In this document: positions 1-8,577 of the stretch, in pieces | Numbering within the stretch: the stretch's first letter is position 1 | Layout: each line of letters begins with the position of its first letter | Source: an uncultured bacterium | GTDB lineage: Bacteria > Abyssobacteria > SURF-5 | Length of the DNA: 23,890 bases | Assembly: GCA_964510165.1 (NCBI GenBank) | Contig: CAZEBC010000043.1 | Coordinates: forward strand, 1-23,890 | Reading direction: 5' to 3' | Notes under the pieces: model-generated | Told to the model about the DNA's origin: nothing | What the model saw: only the letters and a program-made list of their open reading frames with translations | The model's database searches: none | Program-made: the position numbers and the translations under genes

Positions 1-1785
1 GGTGTCCAACTCATACTTGGCCTCCGTCAGGTCTTCCTCGAGGAGTTTCCATCTGATTTCCTCAACGCCCCTGAAGTAGATGCCGTACTCGAGAGTGTCT
101 CCGTTCTGGTCGGTCGCCTTCCACTGGATTTTGAGCTTGGTTTCATGCGCCGGTGGAGCGCTCTTGACGCCGTCGGTAGTTGATTTCTCGGCTGGCTTTT
201 CACCGGCCGCGGCAAGCGCTTTCATGGCTTTGGCGGCGTCAGTTGTCCCGTCGTTTGCCTTTTTCTCGGCAGGCTCGCCGCCCACGGTGACAGATTCGAC
301 GACGGGCGCGAGATTTCGTTGGAGATAAGCCACGGTTGTTTTCCTCAGAACCGGCGTCTTATTGAGGTCGAGGGTACCCAAGGTTGCCCGCCATTGGATG
401 TAACGGGCGTCGGGAGACTCGGGCAAAAAATCCTTCGTCTGTTCGGGAGACCAGTCGGTCCAGGTGTCGTCGGGGGTTTCGCTGTTGCCGGTGCGGATTG
501 CCAGAGAGAGGTGCGTGTTCGCGGGCAGTTCGGCTTCCCAAAAGACTCGTCCCCATTTTGAGATAGCAGTCGTGTCGTGCACTTGAGAGACCAATGTACC
601 CTCGGATGCCAAGTGTTTGCCGAGCCGCACAATACCGGCGTCATTGCCTGTAGATGCAATTATTGCGCCATGTTTCGATTTGAACAAGTCGAGCACCTGT
701 TTCTGGTCGGCCTTGTAGTATGTTCCGCTCTCACCGTTGAGCGTAATAGCGTAGATTATGCCCTCATCGCCGGAACCCGCCAAGATATTGTTGCCGTTGA
801 ACAGGACAGAGAATATCAACTGTTCGGGCGAGGTCCAGAACTTCGAAGCCGTTCCTTGTGGCCCGACTTTGTAGATTATACAAGTGCGTTTTTTCGGGCT
901 TGGCATAACGGGCAGACCCGGCATGGGTGCAGACGGCTGAGTCGGTGCGGCCTGTGGCATCGGCTGTTCCGGTTTTGGAAGGGCTGGCGGTCCTTCATGT
1001 GGCAGCGGCATCTTCATGAAGAGTTCGCCGGGCGCGGAGACCGCGTAGAGGTTTCCCTCGGCATCGGCGCTCATGGAAGTAATCTCTTCGAGTTCCGTGT
1101 CATAGAGCACGGACAATTGCCCTTTTGGATCAATGCTGTAAATGATCCCGTTCGGTTCGGAGCCGGCGAACAGGTTACCTTTCGGGTCTCCGGCCAGAGA
1201 AAGGATTCTCCTTTCCGGAGAATCGTAGAGCACGGCGCCCTTGTCCTTCGCCTCAATCTTGAAGATACGGCCTTCGCCGCCCGTCCCGGCGAAAAGAGCG
1301 CCGTCGGAAGCGAGAAAAAGAGACCAGACGGCATCCTGCAACGTGTCGTAGTATTCAGAGACTTCTCCCTTGTCGTTTATTGAGTAGATTTTCCCCTGGG
1401 GGAAACCGGCGGCATAAAGCGTGTCCTTCTTGTCGATCGCCAGAGCGAACACCTGCTGCAAATTAAGGTCGGCGAACAACTCGGATGCGCCGTCAGGCAG
1501 TACTCTGTAGATTCTCCCTTCCGCTCCGGTACCCGCGTAGACGCGCCCCTTTGAGTCTTCGGCCAACGCCCACACGAACAGCGCGTCCAGGGTGGTTGTC
1601 TTGGCTTCGGGACCGAGCGTGACCGCGCCCGGTGGCATGATGGAGACTCCATCAGGTTCTCCGTCCTCGAACCCTTCTTTGGTTTTCACTTCCCATAGGG
1701 AACTGCTGACTGCTGATGCGGCAGTTGTGCAGAACAACAGCGCAGCGACCATTATCATGGCGACCAGAATTTTGTGAAGCGGCAC
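1..1785 (-). CDS. Secreted beta-propeller (WD40/NHL-like) protein, partner of the S55 peptidase; C-terminus runs off the window
   Basis: Absent from the ORF track because it has no stop in the window. Hand translation from GTG 1785 (SD AAGGAGG upstream) gives signal peptide MPLHKILVAMIMVAALLFCTTAASA, repeated blades (VWALAEDSKGRVYAGTGAEGRIY, VFALAIDKKDTLYAAG, ILSLAGDPKGNLFAGS), a Pro-rich linker, then RTGNSETPDDTWTDWS and ARYIQWRA. The frame is open to position 1. Confidence 0.85.
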   Translation of the reverse strand, partial: MPLHKILVAMIMVAALLFCTTAASAVSSSLWEVKTKEGFEDGEPDGVSIMPPGAVTLGPEAKTTTLDALFVWALAEDSKGRVYAGTGAEGRIYRVLPDGASELFADLNLQQVFALAIDKKDTLYAAGFPQGKIYSINDKGEVSEYYDTLQDAVWSLFLASDGALFAGTGGEGRIFKIEAKDKGAVLYDSPERRILSLAGDPKGNLFAGSEPNGIIYSIDPKGQLSVLYDTELEEITSMSADAEGNLYAVSAPGELFMKMPLPHEGPPALPKPEQPMPQAAPTQPSAPMPGLPVMPSPKKRTCIIYKVGPQGTASKFWTSPEQLIFSVLFNGNNILAGSGDEGIIYAITLNGESGTYYKADQKQVLDLFKSKHGAIIASTGNDAGIVRLGKHLASEGTLVSQVHDTTAISKWGRVFWEAELPANTHLSLAIRTGNSETPDDTWTDWSPEQTKDFLPESPDARYIQWRATLGTLDLNKTPVLRKTTVAYLQRNLAPVVESVTVGGEPAEKKANDGTTDAAKAMKALAAAGEKPAEKSTTDGVKSAPPAHETKLKIQWKATDQNGDTLEYGIYFRGVEEIRWKLLEEDLTEAKYELDT

Positions 1786-1811
1786 TGTTTCCTCCTTATC
1801 TTTTCACTCAG

Positions 1812-3626
1812 CTAGCGTGCCTTGCGGTCAATGGTGATTGGGATAATAGTGGAACCGCTCACTTCGAAGTCGAGCGGAACGTGCTCTTCCAGGAGGACAC
1901 TGGCTCTGGTGATCCCCATAGGCTCTTTTCCCTTTGTCTGTGCGATGACAGAGAACACGGATGACGGAAGGGCCGACATCTCCTCTCCGTCTATCACTAT
2001 TCCCGGGTCGGTGACCATCAGGCGAATGTCCAATTGGTTGCCGGGATAGTCCTCGTCGACAAGCTTGATAAGCTTATCGGCGCTTGTCGGCTGAAAATGG
2101 AAGGGGCTGCGCATCATCTCAATCATGGCGGTTTGCGGAGCAGCGGAAACGTGCAGGTATGCGACGCCCTCGGGGAAATGTTCCGGAACCCGGAGCGAAA
2201 GCCTTTTTTCGATCGGGTCTTTCTTATAGGGTTTCATGATGACCCTGAGATCAAGCGTATCGCCTGGCCGGACTTTGTCGTTGCGGAGGCGAAGCGCTGT
2301 CAGCTCAGCGGACTCGATTGCTTCCTGGACCTCTACCTGCATTGATACCGACTTGATCGAGAGTTCTTCAAACTGGTTGTTCAGCAAGGCCGTGAGGTCG
2401 CGAAACACTCCGAGCGAAGCGAACGACGGAAAACCTGAGAGACCCGAAACGAAATCGTCGTTTCGTATGGTCGGGAAGCCGTCCACCTCGATCTCGTAGT
2501 GCACTTTCGCGGTGAATTCACCCCCGGCGCTTGCCGCCTGGGTAAAAGAACTGCCGAGCGCCATCGCCGTCAGGGGAGCAAACAATTGGCGGTTTCGGAC
2601 TATCTCGAACTCGTAATCATGCGCTTCAGCGGACCCCTTGCGCTGCACACGGAGCATCAGTGGAACCATGTCCGAGGACTCGCCGAGTACGCCTGCGATT
2701 CCGGCGCCTCGATCCTGCCGAAGGCTTCCGACCGATTTGAGCGCCGTCCCCACTTTCGTGGAAATCAAGAGGCTCGGCAAAACTGTGTGAACGTAAGCGG
2801 TCGTCATCGGCATATCCACCGCGCCTGACAGCATGAATGGGTGACCAAAGGCCAGCACTTTGTCGCCTTCCCTAACGGTCAGCGTGCCGATCGCCGAGGC
2901 GCTCATGTCGCCCCGAATGAGCTGGACCCCGACGGCGGCGCCTTCCTCAAAGGGGGCATCTATGTCTCCGAGGCTTTCAGAGAACGAACCGCCCGCCACG
3001 GGAACTATTCCCCATCCTTCGAGTTGTGGCCTGAGCAATTCGGTGGCCTCCCGGCTGAAGCCGGAGAAGACGACCGGAGTCATGATGGGCCTCATGACGG
3101 CGGATTCGGAGACGGCGGCTGGCAGCTTCACGGCGAAACTTCCAGTGTTCGCCCATCCTGAGGAGGCGGGTGCCGGCCCTGAGCTCCATCCGCCCTTTTC
3201 AGTGCCGTACTCGAGGATACGCAGCATTTCACCTATGGGGGTGATTCCCGCAATCGGCTCTTTGGAGAACGGCCAGGAATACGCGAGCGCGCCGATGATG
3301 CGCCCCTCGACATATATCGGGCTTCCGCTCATGCCCGCTATCACGCCCGCTTTCTCCAGAGGCCCGCCCGCGACGCGAGCGAGGATGAGGTCGCTCTCCG
3401 GATCGATGCCATAAAGCACGCTGACGACCTCGACGTCGAACTTCTCGATCTGTGCGCCGGAAAAAACGGTGAGGCCATACCCCTTCATTCCGGGCTTGAC
3501 CTCGCCGATGAGCATGTATTTGCTCATGTCATTCTGAATTGATGGTTCCGCATGTGAATCGGACTGAGCCAATGCGATGAGAGTGTATATCGCTAAGAAG
3601 GACAACAGCTTGTGACAAAAGATCAT
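1812..3626 (-). CDS. SpoIVB-like peptidase S55 domain protein, exported
   Basis: Motifs VKPGMKGYGLTVF, AGMSGSPIY (catalytic Ser motif), IAGITPI and AFGHPF, plus an N-terminal signal peptide. Start moved to ATG 3626 (GGAGA SD) because the longer ORF start lies in the -10 box. Confidence 0.85.
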   Translation of the reverse strand: MIFCHKLLSFLAIYTLIALAQSDSHAEPSIQNDMSKYMLIGEVKPGMKGYGLTVFSGAQIEKFDVEVVSVLYGIDPESDLILARVAGGPLEKAGVIAGMSGSPIYVEGRIIGALAYSWPFSKEPIAGITPIGEMLRILEYGTEKGGWSSGPAPASSGWANTGSFAVKLPAAVSESAVMRPIMTPVVFSGFSREATELLRPQLEGWGIVPVAGGSFSESLGDIDAPFEEGAAVGVQLIRGDMSASAIGTLTVREGDKVLAFGHPFMLSGAVDMPMTTAYVHTVLPSLLISTKVGTALKSVGSLRQDRGAGIAGVLGESSDMVPLMLRVQRKGSAEAHDYEFEIVRNRQLFAPLTAMALGSSFTQAASAGGEFTAKVHYEIEVDGFPTIRNDDFVSGLSGFPSFASLGVFRDLTALLNNQFEELSIKSVSMQVEVQEAIESAELTALRLRNDKVRPGDTLDLRVIMKPYKKDPIEKRLSLRVPEHFPEGVAYLHVSAAPQTAMIEMMRSPFHFQPTSADKLIKLVDEDYPGNQLDIRLMVTDPGIVIDGEEMSALPSSVFSVIAQTKGKEPMGITRASVLLEEHVPLDFEVSGSTIIPITIDRKAR

Positions 3627-3697
3627 ATCATGTCTCCGGAGCAGCAAGTTTTCAAACGGGCCAATCTTGCTTATGTTTGGACAAAACACCCAAATCA

Positions 3698-3727
3698 ATC
3701 ATACTCCGATTCGGAACACCATGTCAA
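3698..3727 (-). promoter_or_regulatory. Sigma70 promoter of the S55/beta-propeller operon
   Basis: TTGACA (3727-3722), 18-bp spacer, TATGAT (3703-3698). Confidence 0.6.
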
Positions 3728-3757
3728 ACATAGGGCAGCGTTTGACTTACGGACGGC

Positions 3758-3782
3758 GAAGGCGCACGCTGCGCGCCCGTAC
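3758..3782. repeat. Degenerate GTAG-family REP-like palindrome
   Basis: gaaggcgcacgctgcgcgcccgtac, a decayed relative of the copy at 3832-3856. Confidence 0.45.
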
Positions 3783-3831
3783 AGAATGCTAATGTCATGG
3801 TTGCCACGGAGGCGTACCGAGGCGGCTGGCG

Positions 3832-3856
3832 GTAGGGCGCACGCCGTGCGCCTTAC
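3832..3856 (+). repeat. GTAG-family REP-like palindrome
   Basis: GTAGGGCGCACG-C-CGTGCGCCTTAC: GTAG foot plus a GC-rich palindrome with one mismatch, intergenic. Confidence 0.65.
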
Positions 3857-3872
3857 GGTCATTAATTGTATC

Positions 3873-3902
3873 TTGCCAGAAAACGCCGAACAGTGCTAGA
3901 AT
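3873..3902 (+). promoter_or_regulatory. Sigma70 promoter of the ABC ATPase gene
   Basis: TTGCCA (3873-3878), 18-bp spacer, extended -10 TGcTAGAAT (TAGAAT 3897-3902). Confidence 0.55.
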
Positions 3903-3927
3903 GCCGGGCGAGAGGACTGCACATTTC

Positions 3928-4848
3928 ATGGTCGAATATGCGTTGACGGTCAAGAACTTAAGGAAATCGTACAGCGGCGTGTGCGCCGTTGACGATATTT
4001 CGTTTGAGGTTCGACGGGGCGCCATCTTCTGCCTGGTCGGCCCGAATGGGGCGGGCAAGACGACCACGATGGAAATAATCGAAGGATTGAAAGAGCCGGA
4101 CTCGGGCAAGATAAGGCTGCTCGGCATGCCGGTACCCGAGAAGCTTGCGCACGCAAAGGAATTGATGGGGATACAGTTGCAAACCACCGGCCTGTTTGAG
4201 CGGCTCAAGGTGGGCGAGGTGGTTGACCTGTTCCGCTCGTTTTATCGGCGGCCTTTGCCCGCGAATCAGGTTTTGTCGGCGGTGGGTTTAGAATCGAAAA
4301 AGGGGCAATTGGTTTCACAGCTATCGGGCGGTCAGCAGCAGAGACTGGCCGTGGCGCTTGCGCTCGTGAACGACCCCGAGATACTGTTCCTCGATGAGCC
4401 GACGGTGGGTCTCGACCCTCAGGCGCGCCGCGAGGCGTGGCGGCTCATTCAATCGTTCAAGGAGCGCGGCAAGACAGTGTTCTTCACCACGCATTATATG
4501 GACGAGGCCGAGAAGCTCAGCGATGAAGTCGCGATACTCGACCACGGCAAGATCATCGCGCTCGACTCACCCCGGAATCTCGTGACAAGACTGAACAGGG
4601 CGAACGTGATCGAGTTTGTGGTGGACGGGAAAACGGATCTCGATGTCTTCTCCGGCGTGGCAAATGTGACCGCAGTCAATGTCGTCGGCGCGAACGTGGT
4701 GCTGTACTCGGATGACGTGAAGGAGTCGCTCGTGGACTTGCTGAGTCGGTCCCGACAAGACGGATTCGAACTAAAGGACATGCAGTTCCGCAATCCTTCG
4801 CTTGAGGATGTGTTCATCGAGCTTACGGGCAGGATGCTGAGGGAATAG
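3928..4848 (+). CDS. ABC-2 type (DrrA/NodI-like) transporter ATP-binding protein
   Basis: Walker A GPNGAGKTT, signature LSGGQQQR, Walker B LFLDEPT, H-loop TTHY, C-terminal PSLEDVFIELTG. ATG 3901 overlaps the -10 box, so ATG 3928 is preferred. Confidence 0.93.
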   Translation: MVEYALTVKNLRKSYSGVCAVDDISFEVRRGAIFCLVGPNGAGKTTTMEIIEGLKEPDSGKIRLLGMPVPEKLAHAKELMGIQLQTTGLFERLKVGEVVDLFRSFYRRPLPANQVLSAVGLESKKGQLVSQLSGGQQQRLAVALALVNDPEILFLDEPTVGLDPQARREAWRLIQSFKERGKTVFFTTHYMDEAEKLSDEVAILDHGKIIALDSPRNLVTRLNRANVIEFVVDGKTDLDVFSGVANVTAVNVVGANVVLYSDDVKESLVDLLSRSRQDGFELKDMQFRNPSLEDVFIELTGRMLRE

Positions 4849-4850
4849 TC

Positions 4851-5360
4851 CTAATTCCTTGCCGAGACGCTCCATTGGGTGGTGAGGCGGGTTTCGGTGC
4901 GGCCTGCGCCTTTTCGGAAGGAGGCGACGGCGGTGACCAGACCTGTGCCGGAAGCAGTGAACTGGAGGCTCTCGGCATGGCCGGCGAGCACGCTCTGCGT
5001 TCCGCTGACCGTCTGCACAATGGTTCCCCAGTTCGGGCCGGCGGGGGCAAGAGGTTGAAGCTCGTAACGCACGTTGCTGCCGTCGAAGCCGTCAACGAAA
5101 TCTATTGCTGTGTTTCCGCCGCTTACGACTATGCTCGGTGTGTCCGCGCGGCGGATCCTTTCGGCCATGGTCTCCATGGCGCGCTCGGACTGCTGCTTGA
5201 GGGTGACCATATTGCCGTCGAGCGTGAACGCTTCAGAAGTGGTCACCCAGAACCTTACGAGGAGCAGGGAGATGACGAGCATCATCGCCGCCGAGATCGC
5301 GACTTCGATGATGGAGAAGCCCGCCGATTTACGATTAAGCGAGGGCGTCTTTGTCTGCAT
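4851..5360 (-). CDS. Prepilin-type N-terminal cleavage/methylation protein (PilW-like minor pilin)
   Basis: Basic leader RKSAG|FSIIEVAI with Glu+5 and a hydrophobic helix, followed by a QQSERAMETMAERIR helix. Confidence 0.8.
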   Translation of the reverse strand: MQTKTPSLNRKSAGFSIIEVAISAAMMLVISLLLVRFWVTTSEAFTLDGNMVTLKQQSERAMETMAERIRRADTPSIVVSGGNTAIDFVDGFDGSNVRYELQPLAPAGPNWGTIVQTVSGTQSVLAGHAESLQFTASGTGLVTAVASFRKGAGRTETRLTTQWSVSARN

Positions 5361-5376
5361 AGTCCATTCGTCTCCG

Positions 5377-5979
5377 TCAGGGTCGCGCCACATAGGTGGT
5401 CAGTTCGGCAAGGGGCGAGCCGTACCTTCGCGGTCTGGGGCCGCCGGGGTTCGGGTGTTTTCTGAGGTCCACTCTTGGTTGGGCGGCATTCTGTCCGGCG
5501 TAGTAAATGCGAATGGTAATCTGCTTCAATAATCCCGTCTGCCCGCCCACCGGGATGTCGTCGATCAACATCTGATACACGTACACTCTCTTGCTGCCGA
5601 AGCCATAATCGGTAGCTCCATCTCCATCGAAGTCATCGTACAGACGATCGCTGGGCGGTTCGGCAGGAATGGCCGGCCGCACGCCCGGAATGGCGGGCTG
5701 CGCCGGCACGGCGCCCTGGAAATTATTGGCGACCAGCGCGTCAAAACTGGCCGTGCCTGATGCGGCGAAATTCACAATTCTTTCCATGACCATGTTTGCC
5801 TGGGTGTCGGCAAGGTGGCGTTCCTGGTTATACGTGTCCGCCCGCATCGAGACAGTCAACATGGCGCCCACCCCGAGCATCAGGAACATCAGGATGAGGA
5901 TCGAGATGACCACCTCGATTAGGGTAAGCCCCTTCTCACTTCTCACAGCTTCCATCGTCATCTCTCTTCCGGCAGTCAT
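5377..5979 (-). CDS. Prepilin-type protein (PilV-like minor pilin)
   Basis: SEKG|LTLIEVVISILIL class III signal, C-terminal LKQITIRIYY strand, AGGAGA SD before ATG 5979. Confidence 0.82.
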   Translation of the reverse strand: MTAGREMTMEAVRSEKGLTLIEVVISILILMFLMLGVGAMLTVSMRADTYNQERHLADTQANMVMERIVNFAASGTASFDALVANNFQGAVPAQPAIPGVRPAIPAEPPSDRLYDDFDGDGATDYGFGSKRVYVYQMLIDDIPVGGQTGLLKQITIRIYYAGQNAAQPRVDLRKHPNPGGPRPRRYGSPLAELTTYVARP

Positions 5980-6031
5980 GCTTTCTCCTGCGCCGCCAAC
6001 AGTGATTGCTGTTGACTTGATGCGATGTTGC

Positions 6032-6055
6032 GGGCGCAGCATGCTGCGCCCCACG
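6032..6055 (-). repeat. GTAG/GTGG-family REP-like perfect palindrome
   Basis: Perfect 20-bp palindrome GGGCGCAGCATGCTGCGCCC (6032-6051). It reads GTGGGGCGCAGC... on the minus strand and lies between genes inside the pilin operon. Confidence 0.65.
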
Positions 6056-6072
6056 GGTTGCATATTGTCCGT

Positions 6073-6471
6073 TCAGAATACAATGGTCTGGCCCGGTGGA
6101 ATTCGTTCCGCCATGTCCCGGAGGATTTCCTCCTGCTTCGGAGGTGAGGCCTGCGTCGGAGCTTGATTGGGGCTCGCCTCTCCCTGAGAAGCGCCCGACT
6201 GATAGACGCCGTTGGGGTCTGTTTCTTCCAGAGAGTCCCTGTCGGAGACTGGCCCGCTTGGCAGATTCATCGTGGCCGAAGATGTATCGAGAGGCGCGCT
6301 TCCCGAACCTGGCTCGACACTCTTTTTCTGGAGAATCAATCCGATAACACATAAGAGCAGTATTCCGACGCTTATTGCGAGCAGCCTCAAATCGCCGTAG
6401 CGCCCTGAGCGCGCGCGAAGTTTGGCCGCGCCTGGAACATTGCGTTCAGGAGATCGTTTCTTGCCGGTCAT
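6073..6471 (-). CDS. Hypothetical single-pass membrane protein in the pilin operon
   Basis: Basic N-terminus, one TM segment (LLAISVGILLLCVIGLIL), S/P/Q-rich tail. AAAGGCGG SD-like sequence directly after the upstream stop. Confidence 0.65.
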   Translation of the reverse strand: MTGKKRSPERNVPGAAKLRARSGRYGDLRLLAISVGILLLCVIGLILQKKSVEPGSGSAPLDTSSATMNLPSGPVSDRDSLEETDPNGVYQSGASQGEASPNQAPTQASPPKQEEILRDMAERIPPGQTIVF

Positions 6472-6482
6472 GGCGCCGCCTT

Positions 6483-8261
6483 TCATGAGAAATCGGGATT
6501 GAAGTCGGGCAAGCTGGAGGGCATCTGAAAGCCCTGAGAGAATCCCTGAATGTACCGCTTTTGCGAGGTCCAGTTCACCTGGTTTATACCCATGTTTGCG
6601 GGCATAAAGAGGGTCGTCGTGGGGAAGAATGGCGGCGCAAGCCCCCCGTTGAGCCGCTGGTCATACACGAAGTTCCTGGCATAGCCTGACACGTGACCGC
6701 TGCTGTTGAACGTGCCGAACGCGCCGTAATAGGTGGAGATGACTCCTCCCAAGATTGTCGCGGTTCCTCGCGGGCTCCCGTAATTGTAGTTGTCAACCTG
6801 GACAACGCCTTGATCATCAGACGTCATCAAAGTGCTATGAATGATGATGTCGTCGGGCGCACTGGTGGCGATTCGAATATCGCCGCCGGGAGTGAATATG
6901 CCAAGCACGTTCTGGGCATCTGGCAACGTGAGCGGGTCGGCTTCGTATACGATGTCGCGAGTTATGATGATATCGCCTTCGGAAAATACGCTCAAAGCCG
7001 TCTCAGACTCAATTGCGGGAGGTCTGTCGTCATCGCTTGTCCGGTTGGGACCGCCGAGCGAGTTGATGTTGCCCGCAACGTAGAAGGCGCCGTTCGGCGT
7101 GCCCTGATACGTCACGGAGTTAACGACAGTCTGGCCGTTTGTCGCGTCAACTATGATGCTTGAAGTTGAGCCATTGGAATGCGTGATCTGATAGCACTGC
7201 CTACCGCTTGCATCCACGTAGAGAAGTACATCGTTGACATTTCCCTGCACATACACTCCTCCAGTGAGCGAAGACCCATCGTTGGGAACGTAGACGCCGC
7301 TGGGGGGCGGAATGGTGTCGGGCGTCAGCCCGAGCCTTGTTCGCAGTTCCTCATTGGTGGCCGCCGACCCGCCAACCGAGGCCGCGCGCTGGTCAAAAGC
7401 ATTGGGCGGCAACGCAATGGGGTTGGCGCCGCGTTCGAATCCCTCTCCAAAGACCGGCACGTCTCTTGGCGGATTGCCATCGGCCTCCAAGAGCAGGGGG
7501 GAACCGTTATTGTAGAAATAGGCGTCCTCCTTGACCGTAGGGTCAGCCTGTGTAAGCCCGCTGCTGGAGACCAACCCATTGGAAAAGGTCGGATAAAACG
7601 CAAATGCGAACCTGCCGTTCGTGTGGACGCGACCGGAGAAATTGGTGTTCGAGGTGAACCACACGCGGGTACCGTTCGTGAGAGTATGCGTGTCGGTAAA
7701 GAGCGCATAATTCGCAAAACTCTGCCTCTCGACTTGGATTTGAAAGTTGCCGGCCGAGATCACCCTTGTCACCCGGTCAATGGCGCTGGGATCGGTTCCG
7801 GTGGAGGTGATGGTATATTGGAAGTTATAGACCTGCCGTATCGGTGTTATCTCGGCGTTTATGAAGGCGATATCGGCCTGAACGGTATCGAAACACGTCC
7901 CGTTCGGCAGCCGTACCCCGGGCAAGGTCACCTGATCGGAAAAGAAATTCGCGGGATTTGTCAGAATTGGGCCCCAGCCGGGCCACGCCGCCTGAAACAC
8001 CTGGAACCGGGCGAGCGCGTCGCGTCGTATGGCAGCCTTCATGGCGTGCTCACCCGCCTGAGCCGCGTAGAATGAGCGGATGTTTTCGACTCGAGTATCA
8101 GTCGAATGTTTATCCTGGACAGTTCTCGTTGCAGCGACCGAGACAAACACCGCCGCTATCAGGACAATCATGACGCTCGATATAAGAACAATCCCTCTTT
8201 GACTGTTCAGGGCGACTTTTCGGCAGGTGCGCCAACATTTTCTTATCCAATTCGCATTCAT
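6483..8261 (-). CDS. PilX-like N-terminal, DUF4900-like large minor pilin/tip protein
   Basis: SQRG|IVLISSVMIV (no Glu+5, typical of PilX/GspK), SFYAAQAG, FANYALFTD...VWF...FSGRVHTN, and C-terminal GYARNFVYDQRL...PPFFP. SD AAAGGAGG. Confidence 0.8.
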   Translation of the reverse strand: MNANWIRKCWRTCRKVALNSQRGIVLISSVMIVLIAAVFVSVAATRTVQDKHSTDTRVENIRSFYAAQAGEHAMKAAIRRDALARFQVFQAAWPGWGPILTNPANFFSDQVTLPGVRLPNGTCFDTVQADIAFINAEITPIRQVYNFQYTITSTGTDPSAIDRVTRVISAGNFQIQVERQSFANYALFTDTHTLTNGTRVWFTSNTNFSGRVHTNGRFAFAFYPTFSNGLVSSSGLTQADPTVKEDAYFYNNGSPLLLEADGNPPRDVPVFGEGFERGANPIALPPNAFDQRAASVGGSAATNEELRTRLGLTPDTIPPPSGVYVPNDGSSLTGGVYVQGNVNDVLLYVDASGRQCYQITHSNGSTSSIIVDATNGQTVVNSVTYQGTPNGAFYVAGNINSLGGPNRTSDDDRPPAIESETALSVFSEGDIIITRDIVYEADPLTLPDAQNVLGIFTPGGDIRIATSAPDDIIIHSTLMTSDDQGVVQVDNYNYGSPRGTATILGGVISTYYGAFGTFNSSGHVSGYARNFVYDQRLNGGLAPPFFPTTTLFMPANMGINQVNWTSQKRYIQGFSQGFQMPSSLPDFNPDFS

Positions 8262-8299
8262 GCATCTGCCTCCTTTGCGATATCCTATACGTGTCTTGA

Positions 8300-8316
8300 T
8301 TCAATTCTGGTGCCAA
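8300..8316 (-). promoter_or_regulatory. Probable sigma54 (-24/-12) promoter of the pilin operon
   Basis: TTGGCACCAGAATTGAA has the correct GG-N10-G(A) spacing against consensus TGGCAC-N5-TTGC, about 40 bp upstream of the start codon. The -12 element is GA rather than GC. Confidence 0.55.
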
Positions 8317-8428
8317 CGTTAGGGTGGGGATTGTTCAGAACGCTCGCGTCCATGTAACCATTGTAGATACAATAGGATAGCAATATAAACAAGCCGCTCA
8401 GCGGATACTTGCTTCATGTATCGAACGG

Positions 8429-8465
8429 AATTGTCAGGAGACAATTATTGTAATTTAAAAACAAT
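8429..8465. promoter_or_regulatory. Tandem palindromes, candidate enhancer-binding-protein sites
   Basis: AATTGTC-agga-GACAATT (8429-8446) and ATTGT-N9-ACAAT (8447-8465), in an AT-rich tract about 115-150 bp upstream of the -24 box. Confidence 0.4.
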
Positions 8466-8577
8466 TTCGGGCAGAATCAGGGCGGGATTCCGGAGAGCAA
8501 ATGATCGCCGGGTCAGGGATTGTGATGCCGATAATTGCATATAGTTCGAACCTGTAGGGTGACAAGGCGGAAACAAC

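Noticed and set aside
577..1383. 268-aa plus-strand ORF and other long antisense ORFs (for example 7179-8075, 16124-16882, 20484-21206, 23013-23585)
   Set aside because: These are shadows of real genes on the opposite strand in GC-rich DNA, with no motifs or translation signals.
1812..3626. Evidence of endospore formation (spoIVB)
   Set aside because: The architecture differs from true SpoIVB and there are no sporulation genes nearby, so the gene symbol was withheld.
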